Positions 1 to 7,799 of a stretch of 64,000 nucleotides of DNA are shown piece after piece. The position numbers and the translations under genes are program-made. Under the pieces are notes generated by a model, which made no database searches, was not told the origin of the DNA, and was given only the letters and a program-made list of their open reading frames with translations. Positions within the stretch are counted from its first letter, which is position 1. Each line of letters begins with the position of its first letter. This DNA is from a virus, in IMG/VR virus record IMGVR_UViG_3300010158_000060, positions 8,334 through 72,333 of that record. One strand, 5' to 3'.

Positions 1-1
1 T

Positions 2-676
2 ACCGGTGGTTGGAGACATAACTGGATCTGTGATAAGTATTGTAATTATTATGGTATTGATTATGCATGTGAGATTGATGTTCCAATTACAACTGGTCAA
101 TCAGTTACTACTACAAGATCTGTTGAATACATAATGGAAGCATATAGAAAAACAGATAACTGTGTAGATTCTTATCATGTACTAGATTATAACTTTGATA
201 CGGCTGTTGTATATAACTCAGAACAAGTATCGGGTTACTTAAATCTTAATATATATCCTAAGAATGATCTTGCTCTTACAAGACAATTCCCAAGATTGAA
301 TCCAGTTACCTTAACTTCATTTGATATTTTATTTTCAAAAGAAGAAAACAAATATAGATTTAATCAGTTCTGGGATATTACAAAAGATAGAGGTGAGTTT
401 CCAATTGGTACAGCTTACCCTGCTGGACAAGGACCATATGTATCTGGAACTACAACATTGTTAGGTAATTATAGCAATTTAAATACATGGATTACAGAAC
501 CAGATGGTTTTAGAAGAGTATTAAATCAAAATAATCTTAACTATGCTAAGCCAGAATTACAAAGAAAAAAATTCAGACATTACATGAGTTTTATTAACTT
601 CAAGAAAAATATATCTGGTAATACAAATATTGTTTTAAAAATTGATAATAGTAAAAATGAAATTTCTCTAAGATAA
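2..676 (+). CDS. 3' part of a probable tail stabilisation/tail protein (5'-truncated by the window edge)
   Basis: Frame is open from position 2 (TGGWRHNWICDKYCNYYG...), so the ATG at 134 is internal. The WRHN..N(Y/F)YG pattern and position upstream of cargo genes resemble crAss-like stabilisation proteins. Confidence 0.55.
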   Translation, partial: TGGWRHNWICDKYCNYYGIDYACEIDVPITTGQSVTTTRSVEYIMEAYRKTDNCVDSYHVLDYNFDTAVVYNSEQVSGYLNLNIYPKNDLALTRQFPRLNPVTLTSFDILFSKEENKYRFNQFWDITKDRGEFPIGTAYPAGQGPYVSGTTTLLGNYSNLNTWITEPDGFRRVLNQNNLNYAKPELQRKKFRHYMSFINFKKNISGNTNIVLKIDNSKNEISLR

Positions 677-3600
677 TGTATAACAAGAAGACTCTATCTA
701 AAGCTACAGCTGAGTTGGACAAAGCTAAAGCTCCTAAGAAACCTAAAGATATAATCACTGATCCAATGGGTCAGTGGAAGTATCCTGGTTTACCTACTAG
801 AATTCCTGGTAATGATATTACCATGAAAGGAGTGGGTTATCCTGTATTAGGTGTAGCCAATAATGGTCAGAGAAAGATAATGCTTCCGGGAGCGGACTAT
901 ACTTTTCCTGGAGCAGACTATGTGGATGAATACCCACAGATGAAAAAAGGAGGTACAAAAAAGAAAAGAAAGACTAAGAGTATAATGGGTATTAATAAAC
1001 TCATGCAAAAAGGTCCTTTATTTGAAGACTACTCAAAAAAAATGTATGATCCAAATGTAAACTACTTTCAAGATGGTGGTGATAAGAAAGCTTCAGTAGA
1101 AGGATACCAAGATGAAAATATGTGGTTAGGAGATAAGTATAAAGATCTTGGAGCAACAGTTTCTAAAGGTAAAATAAGTGCTTCTGCAGGAAATTATTTT
1201 CCAATGATGACAACCGATCCTCAAAGTAATTTTAATCCCTATGTAAATTTAGCAGTAGACTTAGGTAAAGACAGAAATTTAAGTTTTGATTTTCAGCCTG
1301 ATTATACAGGTGTAAACTTTACTAAAAGTTTTCAAGAAGGTGGTGCAAAAACATTATCTACAAGTAAATCTAAAGATGGAACAATTACCAATAAAGTAAG
1401 GAGAGATGGTAAAACATTTTTGCAAGTTAAAAGTAAAGATGGAAAATACTATGAAAAAGAAATTCCAACAGTTACCCGTGCTAAAGGTTTTGAAGCAGCA
1501 GTAAGTAAAAGTATTGGAAACCCAATGGACAGAGCTTATGATTATGTAGAAGGTCTTCGTACAAATGGAGAAGATCCTCAAGATAATTTAAGACATGCAA
1601 CAGCTGGAAGATATGCTGCAGAAGGTTTATTAAAAAATGCCAGAGAAGGTTATATTCCTTTTCCAGATGCTGTAAATAAAGCAACATCATGGTTAACAGC
1701 TAATGCATTAGGAGTTGGTCATGAACTAAGTACAATATTTCAAGATAAAAGACCTTGGGGAGTAAAGCTAAGAGAAGCTGGTGAAGATATTTATAATAAT
1801 GGTGTAGGTGTTAATCAAGGTTTATCTGATAAATCTAATAAAGATAAAACACAAAACTTAAAAGATAGATCTTTAAACTATGAGTTACCTGATGGTTATG
1901 GAGAAGAACATCCTTTTCATAATAAATGGGTGGATCCTTACAGTAAAAAACAAGAAGGTGGTCCGCAAAATACATCTGGTCCTAGACAATATATGGATGA
2001 ATATGAAGAAGAACAAACTATTCCTGAATTTACAGATGCTTATATGAAGCAAAGATATAAAGTTGAACAATCAAATAAAAAAGCTCAAGACTTTAATAAA
2101 ACTTATGCTGAATCTGAAAATTATAAAAGATTACTAGAAAAACAAGGTTACACACCTGAAGAAATAAAAAATAGAATTGCTTCAGTTACAGGGATTTCAG
2201 ATTTTAATTACACAGATAATGGACCTAGCTGGGTTGGTGGTGATCCTGAAACTGGTAAAGAATTTATAACTTATAATGTTATGGATCAAGGAGATTGGGC
2301 AAACTATGACTCAATTGCAGGACATGAGTGGGGGCATGTCGGAGTAGAATCAGGACAAAGCCCTCTCAAACAAGGAGAGCAAGATGCCTTTATTAATAGA
2401 CTTAAAATAGACAATGTAAATAAGGACGAAGGGCACGCAGAACATGATAAAGCTCCTCAAGAAAATAGAGCAGATTTGTTACAGTTAAGACAACAACTTC
2501 AAGAGGCAGGTTTATTTGATTCTACAAAAACTAAAGAATTTACTAAAGATCATCTTAAAGAATATAAAAAATTAAGAAATTCTTCTGAAGAAAATTATGA
2601 TAAGTTTCATAACAGAATGTTTAGATTATATGATGATAAAGATATCATATGGTTAATGAATAATATTGCTCAAAATAACAATAAACAAAATACTAATGAT
2701 GATTTGCAAACAGCTCAGTATGGAATTGAAATGGAGCTTACTCCAGATGAGATTGAAGAATACAGAAAAGGTGGTTACATAGTAGAAGACATATCTGTAC
2801 CAGAACTTAATCAAGCTCAGAAAGGTGGTGCTAAAGATAAATATGCTACTCATATTGGTGATGATGGTACTGTAGGAAGTACAAATGTACATACTGATAA
2901 GAATGGTACTATCACAACTAAAGTACAGGATTCAAAAGGTATAACACATTATAAAGTAAAAACAAAAGATGGTAAAGTATTTTATAAACAAGATGCTTCA
3001 ACAACTTATCCAAAAAATAATTCTGTAGTTCCGGAAAATTATAAACCTGATCCTAGACAGATTGAAATGAATGATGGACCAATGCAATCAGTAGATGACT
3101 TTTGGACATTACCTATTGGTATGAGTAGCGCAGGAGTTAGGGGTACAATAGGTTTAGCAAAAGGTTTAACTTCTCTTGGACGTAATGCTGCTAAGTCATC
3201 ATTAGTACAAGCAACAAAGCAAGGTTTTAATCAAAGTTTAATTAAAAGTTTACCTGGATCTAATTTAAAGAATTTAGTTAATTCATATTTTACTACAAGT
3301 GGTATAAATAACTATATAGATCAAAATAGTGATGTAAGAAGAGCAACTAAAAATGCTTATGATGATCCTACACTTGATAATGTTGTAGATGCTGTAGGTG
3401 AAAATACCTGGAATGCACTCAACTTTTCAGGACTTAATGTAGGCAAAGGTGTAAAACAATTAGGTAAATATGCTACAACACAAACACCTTTAAAAAATAC
3501 ATACAAAGTATTACCTGAAGGTACATTTAAGAATTATTCTAAACTTAAAACAAAAGGTAAATCATATAGAGTTGCTGGTCATGATGCACATGCTGATTTT

Positions 3601-5052
3601 ACTGAATCAGGTTTATTGCGTTCAAAAACTAACTTACCTGAAAAGGCAACTATTTTAGATAGGATGGAAAAAAGACCTACAGCATTTCCTTCATTTCAAA
3701 AAAATTATGCTGACCTAAGCTATTTACCTGAAAATGGAGGAGTAGTTTTTGAAACAAGTTTGCCAACTTTTAAAAGAGGTCAACTTAATCCTGTTACTGG
3801 AGAAAAAATAAAGGGTAGACATTATGCTCATAGAGTTATTGATCCTCAAACTGGAAAAACTCTTACAGAAATTCCAGCATCTGATATAGATGTTTATGAA
3901 GGTTCTGCTAATTGGTTAAAAGGACATAAAAAAATATCTGGACAACAACCTCAAGCTTCTGCTAATAAAAATAAAATACCAGGACTTCCAAGAGTAGTTA
4001 GTTTTTTAAATGGTTTAAACTATGGAATGAATGATATTATAAAAGGAAGAAAGTTTTCTGAAACATTTCCTATAACAAAAAAGCAAAAAGCTAAAATAGA
4101 ATATTTGCAAGATCAAGCTCATAAAGGAGGACTTGAATTTATGAATGATTATCTTTATCGTATTCATGATGGTGTACCACATTATGGTGAAATACATCCT
4201 GATGTTAGATCAAAAATAGATAAAATAACGGATTTAGAAGATCCTACATTAGATGCTTTTAAAAGAAAATTTGATATTACTCATAATTTAATAGGTCCTT
4301 ATGGTAATGCTCAACATCATTTAGCAAATGCTGATGAAAAAGAATTAGTAAAAGCACTTAATAATGGTACTTTGGATGCTAAAACTGTAGATTATATAAG
4401 AAGAAATAAACATAAAATAAGAGGTGTTAATTGGCATCCTAAAAGTATTACTTTAAGAAATAAAGGAGTTTACTATGAAAGCCCTGAAGCTATAAGAAAT
4501 GTGACAGTTCATGAAGCAGGACACAGTATGCAACAATTGGGTTATGGAAGTAACACAATTCGGAATAGTTTGTCTATGTATGATCCTAAATATCCATATG
4601 ATATTGCAAATGAAAATACTAAATTTGGTAAAGAATTTAGAAATGCTCAAGTTTTTCCAAAAGAAAAACAGTACTTATGGGAAGCAAGTCCATTAGAAGT
4701 TCATTCAGAAGCAATGGCTGCTAAAGATAAAATCTATAGAGAGTTTATTAAAAAAGGAATGAATAAAATGGATGCTTTAAGATATTTAAGAAATCCTGAT
4801 AATACTTTAGCAGATGAGATTATTAAAGAAGGTTCATTAAATAGATTTTTTAAGGATGGTATATCAAATGATCAAAAAAGAAAACTTATTAAAATGTTAC
4901 CTGCAATAATACCTGCTGGAGCTGCAGTAAATTATATGCCTAAACCTCAAAAATCTAAACAAATGAAGAAAGGTGGTATTGTTGCTGATTTAACTCATGC
5001 AGAAATTCAAGACTATATTAAACAAGGTTACATTGTTGAAGATGTAGACTAA
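676..5052 (+). CDS. Modular virion cargo / polyvalent-type protein (1458 aa) with two zincin HExxH modules, an ART-like module and a DxxRH..DxxNN toxin-like module
   Basis: GHEWGH (nt 2323-2337), VHEAGH (4510-4524), DNLRH...EDIYNNGVG, SYRVAG...AFPSF; repeated QxGG motifs; located in the structural arm. Confidence 0.6.
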   Translation: MYNKKTLSKATAELDKAKAPKKPKDIITDPMGQWKYPGLPTRIPGNDITMKGVGYPVLGVANNGQRKIMLPGADYTFPGADYVDEYPQMKKGGTKKKRKTKSIMGINKLMQKGPLFEDYSKKMYDPNVNYFQDGGDKKASVEGYQDENMWLGDKYKDLGATVSKGKISASAGNYFPMMTTDPQSNFNPYVNLAVDLGKDRNLSFDFQPDYTGVNFTKSFQEGGAKTLSTSKSKDGTITNKVRRDGKTFLQVKSKDGKYYEKEIPTVTRAKGFEAAVSKSIGNPMDRAYDYVEGLRTNGEDPQDNLRHATAGRYAAEGLLKNAREGYIPFPDAVNKATSWLTANALGVGHELSTIFQDKRPWGVKLREAGEDIYNNGVGVNQGLSDKSNKDKTQNLKDRSLNYELPDGYGEEHPFHNKWVDPYSKKQEGGPQNTSGPRQYMDEYEEEQTIPEFTDAYMKQRYKVEQSNKKAQDFNKTYAESENYKRLLEKQGYTPEEIKNRIASVTGISDFNYTDNGPSWVGGDPETGKEFITYNVMDQGDWANYDSIAGHEWGHVGVESGQSPLKQGEQDAFINRLKIDNVNKDEGHAEHDKAPQENRADLLQLRQQLQEAGLFDSTKTKEFTKDHLKEYKKLRNSSEENYDKFHNRMFRLYDDKDIIWLMNNIAQNNNKQNTNDDLQTAQYGIEMELTPDEIEEYRKGGYIVEDISVPELNQAQKGGAKDKYATHIGDDGTVGSTNVHTDKNGTITTKVQDSKGITHYKVKTKDGKVFYKQDASTTYPKNNSVVPENYKPDPRQIEMNDGPMQSVDDFWTLPIGMSSAGVRGTIGLAKGLTSLGRNAAKSSLVQATKQGFNQSLIKSLPGSNLKNLVNSYFTTSGINNYIDQNSDVRRATKNAYDDPTLDNVVDAVGENTWNALNFSGLNVGKGVKQLGKYATTQTPLKNTYKVLPEGTFKNYSKLKTKGKSYRVAGHDAHADFTESGLLRSKTNLPEKATILDRMEKRPTAFPSFQKNYADLSYLPENGGVVFETSLPTFKRGQLNPVTGEKIKGRHYAHRVIDPQTGKTLTEIPASDIDVYEGSANWLKGHKKISGQQPQASANKNKIPGLPRVVSFLNGLNYGMNDIIKGRKFSETFPITKKQKAKIEYLQDQAHKGGLEFMNDYLYRIHDGVPHYGEIHPDVRSKIDKITDLEDPTLDAFKRKFDITHNLIGPYGNAQHHLANADEKELVKALNNGTLDAKTVDYIRRNKHKIRGVNWHPKSITLRNKGVYYESPEAIRNVTVHEAGHSMQQLGYGSNTIRNSLSMYDPKYPYDIANENTKFGKEFRNAQVFPKEKQYLWEASPLEVHSEAMAAKDKIYREFIKKGMNKMDALRYLRNPDNTLADEIIKEGSLNRFFKDGISNDQKRKLIKMLPAIIPAGAAVNYMPKPQKSKQMKKGGIVADLTHAEIQDYIKQGYIVEDVD

Positions 5053-5066
5053 ATTTTTAAAGTTTA
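5050..5066. promoter_or_regulatory. Imperfect 17-bp palindrome TAAATTTTTAAAGTTTA, copy 1
   Basis: Near match to 10602-10618; both start at a TAA stop codon and precede a ~45-bp AT-rich leader. Confidence 0.35.
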
Positions 5067-5110
5067 AACAATAAATTTATTTTTAGTATATTAAATTATA
5101 ATCTTTACAA

Positions 5111-7789
5111 ATGGAAAGAAGAACAGTTAGAATTTACAAAGCTCCCAACGGACAAGGTGAATATATAAATAAGACAGGTCAGTTTTTGAAGAAAGCACAA
5201 ATGGGTGTTGAAACAAGAAGTGAGGAAGTCATGCAGGAAAAACAAATAGAAGCATTAAAACAATATGTAACTGGGGCTTTAGATAATCAAATGGAGCCAG
5301 AAGAAATATATAGATTATTAGTTTCTAAAGGTGTTCCTAAAGAAATAGCATATCCTATTTTAACTCAAGTTATGCAAGAAATGGAAGCTCCAGAAGAAGA
5401 AGAGCAACCAGAAACTAAAGAAGGATCTGCTGAAGAATCTAAAATTGGTCAGTCTGAGTTTCAACCTGTAGGTCAAGAGAATCAAGAGACTGAAGAAGAA
5501 GATGCTGCAAGTGATGGTATGAATTATGATAATTCATATGCTGATGAAGAAGACTCAAATGTTATTGCTAACAGTGAAGAAGAATTTCAAGATGGTGGAC
5601 CAATTTTATCATATGAACAATTATCAGCTAATGAAGGTGAAGAAGAAGATACTGGTGATGATTTAAATGACAGATTAGCTTCACTTGAAGACTTTGTAGG
5701 TAAAACTGAAGATGATGACTTTAAGAATTTTGGAAAAGACATCAGTGAGTATGAAGGTAATTATACACCTATTGAATGGGATACATTAGGAGATGGCTAT
5801 GGTTACTATAAAAAAGGAGGTTCTAAAAAGAACTTTACAAAAAATGTATTATCTCTTATCAAAAAACAAGAAGGTGGTGATGCAGAAGAGTCTACTGAAA
5901 TAGGTAGAGGTAATAAAAAAGATACTTTAACAAATGATGTTTCTAAAATTAAATCTTCATTTACTGATAAACTAAAAGAAGTATCTAGTAAAGCTGCTAT
6001 AGATTCTATCTATGATAAGATGATGAAGTCTAATGATCCTGAGTTAATGCAATCTGCACAAGAACTTGCTCAGAACAGACAGAAGTCAAGTCAAATGGGA
6101 AGTTTTGAACCAGTTGCTCAACAAGGTGGTTATATAGGAGAAGATCAGCCTGACATGTTTAGTCAAGGTGGTTTTGATATGCCTCAAGCACAAAAAGGAG
6201 GAATGCAAAAACTTGGTGACTTCTTGTTAGGAGAAAAATATACTACAGCTAATAATCCATATAATGCTAAGACTGGTGCTTTGTATAAAGATCCTTTGAC
6301 AGGTTTAACTCCTGTAGCAAGAACTGTACATAAAAGAGGTATATTAGGAAGACCTAAAAAATATACGGATTACTATTCTAAAAGTGGTAACATTAATGTT
6401 CCAGGAGAAAGTGTATCTAAAAAAGATGTAAAAGCTGATTCAAAAAAACGTGAGTATAACATACCTGATGACCAATATGAAAAATTGTCTAGAAGAGAAA
6501 AAAGACAAGAAAGAAAATGGGCTAAGTTAGAGAATGAAGATAAAGAATTTATGTCTAATCCTAATCTTATGCAACAAAATGATGGTTACATGCAACAAAT
6601 CAATGATGCAAATGGTAATAGATTAGAAACACCTAAGCTAGTTGGAATTTCAAAAGAATTAAAACCAGAATTATCATATGAAAAAAGAATGAATATGGAT
6701 AATGCTGATTTTTATAATAATGGATATAAAGAACAACCTTTACCTGATGGATTAACTGCAGAAGAAGAGGAAGCTATGGCTCAATCAAATCTTGAAAGAG
6801 ATGCTATTTTAGAAAAATATACTGCAGAGAATGAGGCTGCTAATGAAGCAGAAGCTCAAAGAAAAAAACAAGCTTCACTTTTTTATCTAAATTATCCTGA
6901 AGGTAATACTGATAGACGTATTGGATTAGGTGATTATACTGATGGAGATCTTGCTGTAAATTATGCTAAAACTAGAGATAGAGCTTATAATCAATTTGCT
7001 AAAGCAAGAGATTTTAAACCTGATCTTAAAAAGTTTTTTGAAGATCCTGAAACTATTAAAAAAAGAAAAGAAGAAGAGGAAGCAAGAAAACAAATGCAAG
7101 AAGAAGGTACAGAAGCTGAGTATGAAAAAAGATATGGTGGTTTACCAAAAGCTCAAATAGGTGTTAAATCTCCTACAAATATGTTAAATCCTGCATCTGA
7201 TGCAACAGTTATGAAACCTGGAACTGGTCCGTTAGCTATGCCTCCATTAGTTTCATCTGCAAAAAAAGAAGATTGGCGCGCACCTATGTTAGCACCAGCT
7301 GATGAAAATGATGATGATTCTGCATTACCCGATATATTAGATCCAAATAAATTTAAAGAAACTGTTCTTAATACAAAAGATACACAAGGAGAAGATGATT
7401 TAATAGCACAAGATGTAGAAACAAAAAGAAAATTTAATGGTGTTAATTTTGATAACAAATTAAATATGGGTCTTGATGCTTTCACTGGAACAATGCGTGG
7501 TTTAAATCAAGCTAAGCAGCAAAATGAAATGTATGCAAATAACTTTAATGCTGATAGTCTTTATGGAGCTTCTACTAATAAAGACAAAGGAGATTATGTA
7601 GCTTATGGTCAACAAACAGGAATGTTTAGACCAAATGAAACAGGTCAAGAAACTATGGGTAGATTTGCATATGGTCAATCTGGTGGTTATATGGAAGAAG
7701 GCGGTTTTGCTGAGGGAGATGAAGTTGATATGACTGAAGAAGAATTAGCAGAATTTATTGCTAACGGAGGTGAAGTAGAATATTTATAA
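5111..7789 (+). CDS. Acidic, low-complexity virion cargo protein (892 aa) with many xxGG motifs
   Basis: FQDGG, YKKGG, KQEGG, AQQGG, AQKGG, GQSGG, MEEGG; C-terminal DMTEEELAEFIANGGEVEYL motif shared with ORF 676. Confidence 0.55.
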   Translation: MERRTVRIYKAPNGQGEYINKTGQFLKKAQMGVETRSEEVMQEKQIEALKQYVTGALDNQMEPEEIYRLLVSKGVPKEIAYPILTQVMQEMEAPEEEEQPETKEGSAEESKIGQSEFQPVGQENQETEEEDAASDGMNYDNSYADEEDSNVIANSEEEFQDGGPILSYEQLSANEGEEEDTGDDLNDRLASLEDFVGKTEDDDFKNFGKDISEYEGNYTPIEWDTLGDGYGYYKKGGSKKNFTKNVLSLIKKQEGGDAEESTEIGRGNKKDTLTNDVSKIKSSFTDKLKEVSSKAAIDSIYDKMMKSNDPELMQSAQELAQNRQKSSQMGSFEPVAQQGGYIGEDQPDMFSQGGFDMPQAQKGGMQKLGDFLLGEKYTTANNPYNAKTGALYKDPLTGLTPVARTVHKRGILGRPKKYTDYYSKSGNINVPGESVSKKDVKADSKKREYNIPDDQYEKLSRREKRQERKWAKLENEDKEFMSNPNLMQQNDGYMQQINDANGNRLETPKLVGISKELKPELSYEKRMNMDNADFYNNGYKEQPLPDGLTAEEEEAMAQSNLERDAILEKYTAENEAANEAEAQRKKQASLFYLNYPEGNTDRRIGLGDYTDGDLAVNYAKTRDRAYNQFAKARDFKPDLKKFFEDPETIKKRKEEEEARKQMQEEGTEAEYEKRYGGLPKAQIGVKSPTNMLNPASDATVMKPGTGPLAMPPLVSSAKKEDWRAPMLAPADENDDDSALPDILDPNKFKETVLNTKDTQGEDDLIAQDVETKRKFNGVNFDNKLNMGLDAFTGTMRGLNQAKQQNEMYANNFNADSLYGASTNKDKGDYVAYGQQTGMFRPNETGQETMGRFAYGQSGGYMEEGGFAEGDEVDMTEEELAEFIANGGEVEYL

Positions 7790-7799
7790 TCTTAATAAG

